From the IMG/VR virus record IMGVR_UViG_3300034198_030405: a stretch of DNA of 64,000 nt; one strand, written 5' to 3'. Origin of the DNA: an uncultured virus (IMG/VR IMGVR_UViG_3300034198_030405) (Duplodnaviria; Heunggongvirae; Uroviricota; Caudoviricetes). The notes under the pieces were generated by a model, which worked only from the letters and a program-made list of their open reading frames with translations, had not been told where the DNA came from and ran no database searches. Each line of letters starts with the position of its first letter. The stretch's first letter is position 1. Position numbers and translations under genes: made by a program. Shown piece after piece: positions 30,234-40,426 of this stretch.

Positions 30234-30564
30234 TTGCATTGGTTTTACCTTTATTCTTAAATACGGTAGTATTTTAAAGGATTATAGAGCTCGTGTCACA
30301 GAAGATAACGAGCTCTTGCAAGATTTATTCAAGTGCTCCCTGTGTTTGGGTTTCTGGGCTGGTGTGCTGCACATTCCTTTTGTTGCATTAAGTGAATGGG
30401 CACTGCATATAAAATATCTTGCTTTACCATTTATAAGCGCAGCAGTATGCTGGTCCGCTGATAGTTTGGTGCAGATGATTCAAGCAATTGATGTTTATCT
30501 CATGAGTAAGAAGCAAGCACCTACAGACTATCCATCTGATTCAGCAACTTCTTCAAAACTCTAA
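30214..30564 (+). CDS. Small membrane protein (DUF1360-like)
   Basis: Hydrophobic segments with CSLCLGFW. Confidence 0.55.
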   Translation: MSYYLASCIGFTFILKYGSILKDYRARVTEDNELLQDLFKCSLCLGFWAGVLHIPFVALSEWALHIKYLALPFISAAVCWSADSLVQMIQAIDVYLMSKKQAPTDYPSDSATSSKL

Positions 30565-30832
30565 TAGCATAAGTCATTTTTTTAGGCGCTCGTTGAATTT
30601 CTATTTCAATGAGCGCTTTTATTTTGCTCATTTTATCTCGACCACCAACATTCTCTTCATCTACAGATGGTGTTAGCATTTGAGGTCCCTTGGAGGGATC
30701 AGTCATTCCACTCCACTCAGGTGTACTGTTGCGCCTGTCATATTCTGCCTTGAAGCGCTGACTTGCAGGCTGCATAGTTTCTATGTTACGGTAATAATTT
30801 TCAAGGATGCATCTAAAATCAGTATTATTCAT
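30521..30832 (-). CDS. Hypothetical protein
   Basis: ORF with a DFRCILENYY N-terminus. Confidence 0.55.
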   Translation of the reverse strand: MNNTDFRCILENYYRNIETMQPASQRFKAEYDRRNSTPEWSGMTDPSKGPQMLTPSVDEENVGGRDKMSKIKALIEIEIQRAPKKMTYAIRVLKKLLNQMDSL

Positions 30833-30865
30833 GTTGAGAAGTGGTGTGGTTGTATATATTTAGTC

Positions 30866-31333
30866 ATGGATAAACATTATCTTAGCTGGCATGAATTTGA
30901 TGATCTCTGCAACTCACTACAAAGCAAAATTAAACAGTATGAAGCAGATAATAATTTATCATTTAACTGCATCATTGGATTGCTGCGAGGCGGTGTAGTG
31001 CCTGCAGTGTGGCTAGCGCATAATTTAAATTTACCAATGAGAATCATTGGTATAAAAACTTATGAGAATATGAAGCAAACAGATACCATTGAATTATACA
31101 ATGACATAGGTAAAGAACTTGCTGACTTTGTAGATAGCAGAAATGTTTTGATTGTAGATGATATTTGTGATACAGGTCGAACAATTTCCTGCATCAAAGA
31201 GTATCTCAAAAATAACAGCAACTGCAGCAATCATATTTTCGCAACGCTACACCGGGCACATGATTCATATTATGTGCCTGATATATTTGCTGTAGAAAAC
31301 TCACAATGGGTTAGATATCCCTGGGAAGCATAA
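30866..31333 (+). CDS. Type I phosphoribosyltransferase (Gpt-like)
   Basis: GLLRGG, VLIVDDICDTGRT PRPP-binding loop, WVRYPWE. Confidence 0.88.
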   Translation: MDKHYLSWHEFDDLCNSLQSKIKQYEADNNLSFNCIIGLLRGGVVPAVWLAHNLNLPMRIIGIKTYENMKQTDTIELYNDIGKELADFVDSRNVLIVDDICDTGRTISCIKEYLKNNSNCSNHIFATLHRAHDSYYVPDIFAVENSQWVRYPWEA

Positions 31334-31341
31334 ATAAATGT

Positions 31342-31617
31342 ATGCTCGATTTTGCTACATTTTTTGAAACATATTACATGAATGACTCAGAATATGCTAG
31401 AACCGGCAAGGGGCCATTGTTTAATCAAGCTAACTCAATAAGTACCATTACTAGAGCACCTCGTCAGGGATTCAAGGGCAATGAGGGGTATGGTGCTCCA
31501 GAAGAAAATATTTTAAAATGGCCGACACTCAAAAACAGAAAAAAACCACACAAGTTGCGTGCATCATCACAGGAAAAACGACGCCATTCACTAAAGAATA
31601 CCTCGAAAGAAAAGTAA
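31342..31617 (+). CDS. Hypothetical protein
   Basis: TAAATA upstream; overlaps the next ORF. Confidence 0.45.
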   Translation: MLDFATFFETYYMNDSEYARTGKGPLFNQANSISTITRAPRQGFKGNEGYGAPEENILKWPTLKNRKKPHKLRASSQEKRRHSLKNTSKEK

Positions 31618-31889
31618 GTGAGTATGGTAGCGAAGAAATGCTGCATCAAAAATATATCTGCAAACAGGCAAAGAGCATGCTCAAACGAGGGTATACAATT
31701 CATGAAGTGCAAGGCGTATTAGGTGCATCAAACATTAAATTGCACATGACTGATGAACAAATCAAAAGCATTGTTCAGGAGAAAGATTCAGAAAATTTCA
31801 ACATAAGCCAGCCTGTAGAGTTAGTAAATATTGCAGTACAGCCGCATATACGCGACTTTATAGATAAACTAAAAAAATACAATGGATAA
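31518..31889 (+). CDS. Hypothetical protein
   Basis: CIITGK...YIC. Confidence 0.6.
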   Translation: MADTQKQKKTTQVACIITGKTTPFTKEYLERKVSEYGSEEMLHQKYICKQAKSMLKRGYTIHEVQGVLGASNIKLHMTDEQIKSIVQEKDSENFNISQPVELVNIAVQPHIRDFIDKLKKYNG

Positions 31890-32112
31890 TACACAATACA
31901 CCGCCTTCTCACAAGGCAGCATAGTAAAAGTTTTTAATGCACTCACGGGTGTGGTGGTTGTATCACGAGAAATGGGTGATGAAATTCTATCTTGTGTCTG
32001 CGCTGGTAATGTACTCACATTAATTGTAAAAGTTTCTGCTACAGGTAAATACCTCAAAGTTTATAAATTACCTAATTTTGAAATGGTGAATTCAATGCCA
32101 ATTTACAATTGA
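31882..32112 (+). CDS. Hypothetical protein
   Basis: Coupled ORF. Confidence 0.5.
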   Translation: MDNTQYTAFSQGSIVKVFNALTGVVVVSREMGDEILSCVCAGNVLTLIVKVSATGKYLKVYKLPNFEMVNSMPIYN

Positions 32113-32136
32113 TTTTACAATTTAGCAGGTTATATT
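32109..32136 (+). promoter_or_regulatory. Sigma70-like promoter TTGATT-N16-TATATT, 5 nt before the nrdA ATG
   Basis: Same hexamers and spacing as the queD promoter. Confidence 0.65.
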
Positions 32137-32141
32137 GATAT

Positions 32142-34622
32142 ATGAGTTCTATGAAAGTTAAGAAACGCTCCGGTAAAGAAGAAGAGTTTAATGAGAAGAA
32201 AATTCATAACTGTGCGAAAAGAGCCTGCAAAGGGCTTGAATCAACTGATTATAAGCAAGTTGTTTATAATGCAACGCTCAAGTTATACGATGGCATTCCT
32301 ACTGATGCCATTGATGAATCTCTGATCAAATCAGCACGCGCTTTAATTGAGCAGGAGCCGCAATACCGGTTTGTTGCTGCGCGCTTGTTGTTGCAGGCCT
32401 TGTATAAACAAGTGTTTAGCGAGGGGGTGGATAGCGATGCATTTGATTTGCAATATCGCAAATCGTTCATTACCAATCTCAAGAAGCTTTCCAAGGCAGG
32501 CATTGTCAATAAAGAACTTCTCAAGTATGATTTGAAGCGCCTGAGCAACGCGCTCAAGCTTGATAGAGATTATTTGTTTCCATACATTGGCTTGCAGACT
32601 GTCAATGACCGCTATTTTTACCGCATTAATGATGAGATTGTTGAAGCACCGCAGTCATGGCTCATGCGAGTCGCCATGGGGCTTGCGCTTGCAGAGCATC
32701 CAGAAGCTCGTACAGACTGGGCAATTCGTTTTTATGAAGTGCTTAGTACTTTCCGTTACATGACCAGTACACCAACGTTGTTTAATGCAGGAGGTGTTCG
32801 CAATCAATTGAGCAGCTGTTTCTTGAACACCTTTGAGGATTCACTTGAAGGTATTTTCGATGGGTTGCACCAAGAAGCTCAGAAGAGTAAATTTGCTGGT
32901 GGATTAGGCATGGACTTCACACCGTTCCGTGCAGGTAATGCTACTATTTCTTCAACTGGAGGCAAGACACAAGGATCTGTATACATCTGGAAGATGTTCA
33001 ATGATATGCTTGTAGCCATCAATCAGAGCGGCAAGCGACGCGGCGCAGGGTGTGGCTATCTTGAAACATGGCACTATGACATATATGATTTTCTGGAACT
33101 CAAGAAGAATACAGGGGATGATCGTCGTCGCTGCCACGACTTGAATACAGCCAACTGGATTCCTGACTTGTTTATGAATCAGGTCCGCAATGATGGTGCA
33201 TGGTATCTCATGAGTCCAAATGAAGCACCAGAACTGCACGAATTGTGGGGTGAAGCTTTTGATCAAAAATATTGGGAGTATGTTGAAAAGGGTAAGCGTG
33301 GAGAAATGCGACTGTTTAAAGAGGTATCTGCTAAAGAGCTTTGGAAGCTCATGCTCAAGATGTTGTTTGAAACCGGTCACCCATGGGTTACATTCAAAGA
33401 TCCAAGCAATCTTAGATATTCAAATCAGCATGTAGGTGTTGTGCATAGCAGCAATCTCTGCACCGAAGTTATTTTGCATAATATTCCTACTACTTTTGAA
33501 CGCAATAATGACCGGCAAATTAAGGAATACGGTGAAACAGCTGTGTGTAACCTTGGATCGCTAAATGTCGGTATACATACAAAAATTGTTGACGGCAAGG
33601 TTGAAATTGACTGGCCGCTGCTTGCAGATACCATTACAACTGCAGCACGTATGCTTGACAATGTTATTGATATTAATTTCTATCCTACTCAGGAGGCTAA
33701 AATCTCTAACACCAAGCATCGTCCCGTTGGCATGGGCAGCATGGGATGGCATGATCTACTATTCGCAATGGATGTCAATTATGATAGTGATGCAGCTGTG
33801 AAGCTGGGTGATGAAATTTATGAATTCATCTCACTACATACCATCAAAGCAAGCGCACTGCTTGCTAAAGAACGTGGTGCATATTCTTCATACAAAGGAT
33901 CGCTCTGGGATCAAGGCATCTTCCCCATTGATACGTACAACAAACTTGCTAGCAAGCGTGGTCACATTGACGTTGCAGCTGAGAATCTTGCAGAGTGGAA
34001 GGAAGTGAGAGAACTTGTGAAGGAAAACGGTATGCGTAATAGCAACACCATGGCAATTGCACCAACCGCAACCATCAGCAGCATTGTTGGGTGCAGTCCA
34101 ACCACAGAACCGCTATACAATAACATCTATGTATACTCTACTCTCAGCGGTGATTTTACAGTTATATGTGAGCCGTTTGTCAATGACCTCAAGCAGCTTG
34201 GTCTGTGGAATCACAACATGCTCAATGAAGTGAAACGTGTGAATGGTGATGTTATGCAGCTTAATATTCCTGCAGAACACAAAGCATACTTGCAAGCAAA
34301 ATACAAGACAGCATTTCAGATTGATCAGTTTCAGTTGCTAAGAGCAGCAGCAGCTCGCGGCAAATGGATTGATCAGGCCATGTCTGTGAATTTATTCAAC
34401 GATAAAACAAGTCTCAAATACCTCAATGATGTATATATGCTTGCTTGGGAGCTGGGGCTCAAGACTACATATTACTTGAGAAACCGTGGTGCAAGTGACA
34501 TTGAGAAGGCATCTGTAACAACCTCTAAAGCTGTTGTGCCAATCGTTAGCTCCATTGGAGACGACGCAGGCACCATCAAGGCATGCATGATCGATAACCC
34601 AGATTGCAGTAGCTGTCAGTAA
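32142..34622 (+). CDS. nrdA: Ribonucleotide reductase class I, alpha subunit
   Basis: ATP cone VKKRSG, TPTLFNAG, LSSCF, SNLCTE, APTATIS, KTTYY, C-terminal CSSC. Confidence 0.97.
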   Translation: MSSMKVKKRSGKEEEFNEKKIHNCAKRACKGLESTDYKQVVYNATLKLYDGIPTDAIDESLIKSARALIEQEPQYRFVAARLLLQALYKQVFSEGVDSDAFDLQYRKSFITNLKKLSKAGIVNKELLKYDLKRLSNALKLDRDYLFPYIGLQTVNDRYFYRINDEIVEAPQSWLMRVAMGLALAEHPEARTDWAIRFYEVLSTFRYMTSTPTLFNAGGVRNQLSSCFLNTFEDSLEGIFDGLHQEAQKSKFAGGLGMDFTPFRAGNATISSTGGKTQGSVYIWKMFNDMLVAINQSGKRRGAGCGYLETWHYDIYDFLELKKNTGDDRRRCHDLNTANWIPDLFMNQVRNDGAWYLMSPNEAPELHELWGEAFDQKYWEYVEKGKRGEMRLFKEVSAKELWKLMLKMLFETGHPWVTFKDPSNLRYSNQHVGVVHSSNLCTEVILHNIPTTFERNNDRQIKEYGETAVCNLGSLNVGIHTKIVDGKVEIDWPLLADTITTAARMLDNVIDINFYPTQEAKISNTKHRPVGMGSMGWHDLLFAMDVNYDSDAAVKLGDEIYEFISLHTIKASALLAKERGAYSSYKGSLWDQGIFPIDTYNKLASKRGHIDVAAENLAEWKEVRELVKENGMRNSNTMAIAPTATISSIVGCSPTTEPLYNNIYVYSTLSGDFTVICEPFVNDLKQLGLWNHNMLNEVKRVNGDVMQLNIPAEHKAYLQAKYKTAFQIDQFQLLRAAAARGKWIDQAMSVNLFNDKTSLKYLNDVYMLAWELGLKTTYYLRNRGASDIEKASVTTSKAVVPIVSSIGDDAGTIKACMIDNPDCSSCQ

Positions 34623-34628
34623 TAGAAC

Positions 34629-35462
34629 TCAATCAAGCGCTGGATCTTTATTCACTCTTTCGTGAAATATTTGAGTCCAGCGCTTGACCATTTTTCGCTT
34701 GATTGCTTCAGGGTAATCTTCCCATAGCCTATCAACTCTCAATTCATCAATGCATGCATTGATGAAGCGTGGGAGAAATTTAGGTGATGAGAAGTACCTT
34801 GCAAAAATAGGGTTGCCAATAATGCTTGCAGCTGCTTCTGTTATGCGGCTATTAATTTCTTGATCTGAAAACGTATAGTTTATATCTCGCTGTTGCTGTG
34901 CAGTAAGTTTTTCTCCTGTCTCATGTTTCCGTATTTGCTCTGCACGCTTATGCACAAAAGGATTATAAAAGTGCTGTATTTCATGAGTAAATATTTTTGC
35001 AAAGATGTTGGTTGTAATTAAATCCATTACAATGTTAAGGAAAATATTCATTGTAATGCGGTCATCAAAAGCATAAGCATTCTTTCCAACTTTTTTGATG
35101 TATGGTTTTAACACATCATAATCAATTATTTGGTGCTTATATAGTTGAATAATATTTGCAACATTTATGCCCATGGATCCATCGACTACTAATTTGCGGC
35201 GGCGTTTGTGACCTGCCGGTGTAACTACAGTGGTACGCTTGTCCTGATGCATATTTATCATGTAAGCCTGTGAATCATCTTTTCTAGATAATGCAGCTTT
35301 ATAAAAGGTAACTATTATATCTGGTGTTCCATGCACAATAGTTACTAAACTATTACCCGCAACTTCATCTGAAGGAGCCGGTGGATTTTTAAGAAGGTTA
35401 CGATACAGTTGTTCACTGAACTTTAACGCATCATTATAATAATTTTCAAATAACATTCGCAT
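34629..35462 (-). CDS. Hypothetical protein with HExxH (zincin-like) motif
   Basis: FTHEIQH...YTFSDQEINSR. Confidence 0.55.
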   Translation of the reverse strand: MRMLFENYYNDALKFSEQLYRNLLKNPPAPSDEVAGNSLVTIVHGTPDIIVTFYKAALSRKDDSQAYMINMHQDKRTTVVTPAGHKRRRKLVVDGSMGINVANIIQLYKHQIIDYDVLKPYIKKVGKNAYAFDDRITMNIFLNIVMDLITTNIFAKIFTHEIQHFYNPFVHKRAEQIRKHETGEKLTAQQQRDINYTFSDQEINSRITEAAASIIGNPIFARYFSSPKFLPRFINACIDELRVDRLWEDYPEAIKRKMVKRWTQIFHERVNKDPALD

Positions 35463-35474
35463 CCTTTTATATTT

Positions 35475-35717
35475 ATGTTACTACACAGACATTGGCTTGA
35501 AACTGAATTGACATCAGATGAACTTAGCATGCTTATATACATTGCACAACAAAATTGTGAGATGAATGTAGATATAGTTATTTTGCAGGGTTTCAGATTA
35601 CCTCGTTTAATTAAAAAACTGCAGCAATGTGAAGCACAGGTAAATGAAGAAGGTAAGGAAATTTATCAAAGTTTGAAGAAAAAACTTCTTGACTTTACAA
35701 ATTTGCAATTACTATAA
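35475..35717 (+). CDS. Hypothetical protein
   Basis: 80-aa ORF. Confidence 0.5.
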   Translation: MLLHRHWLETELTSDELSMLIYIAQQNCEMNVDIVILQGFRLPRLIKKLQQCEAQVNEEGKEIYQSLKKKLLDFTNLQLL

Positions 35718-35737
35718 ACACATAAATACACAACAAT

Positions 35738-36739
35738 ATGCATAAGAAAACAGGTGAAATTTTTGGTAAGAATACAGAGGGCGTCAATCAAATTTTGCCG
35801 CATGTTAATAAATGGGCTTGGGAGTTGTATCGCAAAGGTAAAAATAATCACTGGAATCCAGAAGATGTTCCAATGACTAGAGATATTCTCAATTGGAATA
35901 GTGGTACTATTACTGATGCAGAAAAGACTGTGATTAAGCGCTGCTTGGGCTTTTTTGCTGGATCTGAATCTCTAGTTGGTAATAACCTAGTCACTTTGTT
36001 CAAACACATTACAGATCCTGAATGTCGCCAATACATGGCGCGGCAGATTTGGGAAGAATGTTTGCACAATGATACTGTTGTTTACATCTGTGATTCGCTC
36101 AAACTTGACCTCAATGAAGTGTATGAAGCACACAACAACATTCCCAGTATTAAAGCTAAAGATGACTTTTTGATGCGCGTGACCAAAACCATCAACAAAG
36201 ATATTGATGCAAGTACAGTTGAGGGGCGACGAGCAATCACCAAGGCTGCATTTTTATACTGGGTTGTATGTGAAGGTACTTTCTTTTTTAGCGGTTTTGC
36301 CATGATGCTAGCCATTAAAAATAAAATTCCCGGCATTGGAGAGCAGATTGAATATACCTTACGTGATGAATCATTACACATTGCTTTTGGTGCATCGCTC
36401 ATTACTAAGATTAAAGAGCAATATCCAGATGTATGGAATGAAGAATTTGAAAAAGACCTGACTGAATGTCTGGCAGAAGCTGTGATACTTGAAACAAAGT
36501 ATGCACAAGATGTCTTGCCTCCCGGAATTATAGGGCTCAGCCCCACCATGTTTATTGATTATATGCAATACATTGGCAATCGCCGACTTGAGAGTGTGGG
36601 TATGAAGTTTAGATTTGAAAACGATAAAAATCCTTTTGACTTCTTATCTGAAGTGCAAGATTTGCTTAAAGCTAAGAATTTCTTTGAAACCCGTGTAACT
36701 GAGTATCAATCTGCAGGAGCTTTAGCCGATGATTTCTAA
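35738..36739 (+). CDS. nrdB: Ribonucleotide reductase beta subunit, class Ic-like
   Basis: W.PED, FFAGSESLV, EECLHNDTV, EGTFF, RDESLH, NFFETRVTEY. Confidence 0.93.
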   Translation: MHKKTGEIFGKNTEGVNQILPHVNKWAWELYRKGKNNHWNPEDVPMTRDILNWNSGTITDAEKTVIKRCLGFFAGSESLVGNNLVTLFKHITDPECRQYMARQIWEECLHNDTVVYICDSLKLDLNEVYEAHNNIPSIKAKDDFLMRVTKTINKDIDASTVEGRRAITKAAFLYWVVCEGTFFFSGFAMMLAIKNKIPGIGEQIEYTLRDESLHIAFGASLITKIKEQYPDVWNEEFEKDLTECLAEAVILETKYAQDVLPPGIIGLSPTMFIDYMQYIGNRRLESVGMKFRFENDKNPFDFLSEVQDLLKAKNFFETRVTEYQSAGALADDF

Positions 36740-36745
36740 ATATAT

Positions 36746-36913
36746 ATGAATCAAAAACTCATTAGCAAATGGACTGCCTATCTGGAGAAATTAAAGGACC
36801 AGAAAACACACAGCACCATTATGGAAGAAACAGATGTAATATTTGAAGGCATTTTGGATGCAAATGTTGATATAATTAAACAATTTATAATAGATTTAAA
36901 AACAAATGAGTGA
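36746..36913 (+). CDS. Small hypothetical protein (55 aa, below the ORF-track cutoff)
   Basis: Hand translation MNQKLISKWTAYLEKLK...; fills the gap between nrdB and clpP. Confidence 0.5.
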   Translation: MNQKLISKWTAYLEKLKDQKTHSTIMEETDVIFEGILDANVDIIKQFIIDLKTNE

Positions 36914-37439
36914 CTTTATTAAAGAATTTCTAGTACATCATGGCAATACCGTCTGGTTCTATGCCGATATTGATACAGAAACATGCTTGCATTTAAATGC
37001 AACACTGAAAAAAATTGATCAAGAAATTGCAAATCAATCTGATCCGATCATCCACCTGCACATTAATTCTTTTGGTGGATCAGTAGTTGCTGCATTAGCG
37101 ACCATTGATACAATTCTTACACTCAAAAGCAAAGTATATACATATGTGGATGGCGGTGCAGCAAGTGCTGCAACTCTTATTTCATGTGTTGGTACCCGCC
37201 GATTCATAGGCAAATATTCTTGCATGCTTATTCATCAGGTGAGAAGTGAGAGCAGTGGCAAGCTAGATGAAATGGAAGACGAAATCAAGAATACCAGACA
37301 GTTCATGGGAATCATCAAATTAATTTACAAAAAGTATTCAAAACTCACAACAAAAAGAATGGAAGAGCTTCTCAAATCTGATTTGTGGATTGATTCTACT
37401 CTATGCTTGGAATATGGGTTGGTCGACGAAATTCTCTGA
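36906..37439 (+). CDS. clpP: ClpP-like serine protease
   Basis: HINSFGG, AASAA (Ser), MLIHQ (His), DLW, YGLVDEI. Confidence 0.88.
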   Translation: MSDFIKEFLVHHGNTVWFYADIDTETCLHLNATLKKIDQEIANQSDPIIHLHINSFGGSVVAALATIDTILTLKSKVYTYVDGGAASAATLISCVGTRRFIGKYSCMLIHQVRSESSGKLDEMEDEIKNTRQFMGIIKLIYKKYSKLTTKRMEELLKSDLWIDSTLCLEYGLVDEIL

Positions 37440-39863
37440 TTCAGGCATTGCGACTTCAGTAATTTCTTTTTTACCATTTGTAACAACACCAGCTGTAGCT
37501 GGTGTTGTTCCTTTGTTCATTTGCATCGCAGATCTTCTCAGACTAATGTTGTTATCAACTAGATTGAGCGGAAGATTTCTAAAATTGTGTGAATGTGGAA
37601 CTGTGATGATGCTATCCGGATCGTTAAACAAACCCGCTGCAAGTACACATGAATATACCGGCAACCATGTATTAACGACATACACAAACCCAATTACCTT
37701 AGGATTTATGTTGTCTGGTCTGCCATACACTTCAATTAACTCTGTCTCTTGAATTTCAGCAGGAGCAGTCACATGATTGACATACAGTTCACCTTCTACA
37801 TACGTACCACCGCCAATAACTACATTATTTTTAACACCAAGGCTGCAATCAATGCCTATTTGCTTGTTTTGTGTCTGACTTAGCGTAATTACATCTGCAG
37901 TAACATTGAACCTGCCACCAGATGTAATTTTAACATCTCCAGAAGAACTAACGATAATTTCATTGGATCCAGATACTACCACTTGTGATCCAGCAATGTC
38001 GAAAGTTCCTGTTGTGCGGAGGCCGATGCCACCACTGCCAGCTGTACAGTAAAAGCCATTGCAAATAGTCAAAGTATAATTGCCGCACGGATATTTACCG
38101 TCATTAGCAACACGCTCCACAAGTGGGCTTGGCTTTTGAGACGCAAATACTGTTTCAGAGCAAATAAGCATTTCATTAAATTCCATGCGACCTACAGGAT
38201 CAACACGAACACTTGGTGAATCATTAAAAGCAGCACCTACTATTTCATATTTATGACGTATGATTTGTGTATTATCATCACCACCGTTACCAAATTTTTT
38301 CTCATACTGCAGCATTCGCTCTGATTGAGCTGTTTCTAAATCTTTCAAGTTATTATATTCAGTATCCGGTGCCCATTCACCATCTTGTGTTGAAGAGGAA
38401 AGTTCAGCATCTGTACCAGAAAAATTATTTGAACCGTTTTCTCCTGCAGCAATTAAAAATTCTTCTGGAGGAATAGTTGCTGGTTGCGCAAAAGATGAAG
38501 GCGTTAATACTTGCTCTACTGCTGTTTCGAGTGTGCTAGCTTGGTTGCCAGTTGCATCACTTGCTTTGGGTATCTCAACATATATTTCGTTTGGTATAGG
38601 TGCCGATGTAACTGCAACTGGCGTTTGAGCAAGAATTGGATTGTCAGCAAAAGTTCCTTCTTGGGTCTGACTGATGCTGCCTGCAGGTGGTAGCAGAGAC
38701 GATACTAATGGTGCACCGGCGCTACGTTTGATAGCAAATCTCGCTCTTGTATCTGCAATGGGTCTATTGAGTTCAACCCATTGTTGATAAGCATTAATAT
38801 TTTTCCAATCACCAATGCGACACCATCTAGTTTCGTCTACACCAATATTATATACCTTTCTTACATGAACATTTTTTGAATTTTCAACGGTCTCAAATTG
38901 AGATTTAAGTATTAATTTTTGATCGTTGCCAGTGCATAAAGTTGTATAAGCAAGTTTATGCATTTGTATAAATGAGCCGCTTGGGTGAGTTAATTTTAAT
39001 GATTCATTATTATCTGTATCAACTACTTCAATGGTGCCTCCTTTTGAATTGAGTACCATTTTGCCTTTTTTATACTTCTGTGGATCATTACTTCCGGAGT
39101 TTTCATAAGCTCCAGGGTAATTGATGCCTGCATTTGGGATATCAGTATTGACCATCTCATTGATTTTTTGCCAGTCATTTTTATCATAACTATAAGCAAA
39201 ATAAATGGGTGTCTCAATGCTACCATTCTCAAAAAATATCCACACGCTTGCACCTACATCAGGCACAGCAAATAAACCTTTAGTACAGTTGCTATATGTT
39301 GATGGCTTGAATTGAAATGCATATGGATTTGATTCAGGCATCATATCGTCAGTAAATGCACCAAAGCCATCTTTGAGTTGTCCAGTTGGGGTTTCGTATA
39401 AAAACCCAGGCTTCTCACCAATGCCATCCACATTAAGAGATCCACCCGCGCCAGGAAGTTTATTGGTGCTACTGTCACTAATTGTTGCGATATCATCTTT
39501 TGCTGAATACACTCCAGAAGAGCCGCTGCCTACAAGTGATGCAGCTTGTTCAGCCCATGGAATAATTTTTTTTGCATATTTTTCAATTGAACTAAGAGAT
39601 GTCTTGTCTTTATAAATGTTTGAGCCAGCGGGAAATCTAAAGCTCTTATCTACATCACTTGATTCACCATACCACTCTTTAATCTGAGGTGCAAGTGCGG
39701 GTATATATACCTTGACACGTCCACGACGCTCCGGGTCATTGTTTTGAATAACTATGCCTCGATAAAATCCAAGATGCTTTGTTCCATATATATTTGTCTC
39801 CAGCACCATTTGTTTAATATTTGTTGACTCCTCACTTGGGAGTAACTGATCGTTTGTATTCAT
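37401..39863 (-). CDS. gp5/VgrG-like baseplate hub (spike) protein
   Basis: OB fold YRGIVIQNNDPERRGRVKV, VPDVGASVWIFFENG, THPSGS, beta-helix-like C-terminus, HSH. Confidence 0.75.
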   Translation of the reverse strand: MNTNDQLLPSEESTNIKQMVLETNIYGTKHLGFYRGIVIQNNDPERRGRVKVYIPALAPQIKEWYGESSDVDKSFRFPAGSNIYKDKTSLSSIEKYAKKIIPWAEQAASLVGSGSSGVYSAKDDIATISDSSTNKLPGAGGSLNVDGIGEKPGFLYETPTGQLKDGFGAFTDDMMPESNPYAFQFKPSTYSNCTKGLFAVPDVGASVWIFFENGSIETPIYFAYSYDKNDWQKINEMVNTDIPNAGINYPGAYENSGSNDPQKYKKGKMVLNSKGGTIEVVDTDNNESLKLTHPSGSFIQMHKLAYTTLCTGNDQKLILKSQFETVENSKNVHVRKVYNIGVDETRWCRIGDWKNINAYQQWVELNRPIADTRARFAIKRSAGAPLVSSLLPPAGSISQTQEGTFADNPILAQTPVAVTSAPIPNEIYVEIPKASDATGNQASTLETAVEQVLTPSSFAQPATIPPEEFLIAAGENGSNNFSGTDAELSSSTQDGEWAPDTEYNNLKDLETAQSERMLQYEKKFGNGGDDNTQIIRHKYEIVGAAFNDSPSVRVDPVGRMEFNEMLICSETVFASQKPSPLVERVANDGKYPCGNYTLTICNGFYCTAGSGGIGLRTTGTFDIAGSQVVVSGSNEIIVSSSGDVKITSGGRFNVTADVITLSQTQNKQIGIDCSLGVKNNVVIGGGTYVEGELYVNHVTAPAEIQETELIEVYGRPDNINPKVIGFVYVVNTWLPVYSCVLAAGLFNDPDSIITVPHSHNFRNLPLNLVDNNISLRRSAMQMNKGTTPATAGVVTNGKKEITEVAMPESENFVDQPIFQA

Positions 39864-40426
39864 AGATAATTTTGTAAATTCATCTGCATTTTTGCTTTGT
39901 CAAAAAATTGTAGATTTTTATTAACATAGTTATTAAGAGTTCCTGAATTTCCACCCACAGCATCGTATAAGCTATTGTTAAATTGTGTCAGCTGCTGTGC
40001 AGGTTTTTGCAGCGTTTTTTGTAAATTAGTTGCAGATACAAGAATACAGGAAAGCATATTTGCACCTGCAAAAGTACAATTTTCAGTATTTTTGATGTAA
40101 CTTATTGTGTCAATTACTTTTTTACGCAGTGCTGCAACGGTGAGAAAAATTGCTTTGAAAGTATTAATTATGCTGAGAATATCTCTGTATAATTGCTGAA
40201 GCGTCTGTGATATTAAATTTCCGATGAGTGCTATTTCATTCTGAACAATGGTATTAATAATATTTGCTGCAGCGCCTAAAACAGCAGCACCAAAAGATTT
40301 TAAACCTCCACCTTTAAATAAAGAACCAATCAATGATGGTATACACATGATGCCTTTTGCAACTTTGGTAAGTTGATCAAAAGTACTTGTAGCATTGTTA
40401 AGAAAACTGCCTATTTTTGGTAGCAT
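39860..40426 (-). CDS. Hypothetical protein (likely baseplate-associated)
   Basis: Start placed after TAAATA; coupled to the gp5-like gene. Confidence 0.55.
   Translation of the reverse strand: MLPKIGSFLNNATSTFDQLTKVAKGIMCIPSLIGSLFKGGGLKSFGAAVLGAAANIINTIVQNEIALIGNLISQTLQQLYRDILSIINTFKAIFLTVAALRKKVIDTISYIKNTENCTFAGANMLSCILVSATNLQKTLQKPAQQLTQFNNSLYDAVGGNSGTLNNYVNKNLQFFDKAKMQMNLQNYL

Noticed and set aside
32142..34622. Intein or intron in nrdA (also checked by eye in gp46, uvsW and gp20)
   Set aside because: Lengths and motif spacing look normal and no splicing motifs are visible.
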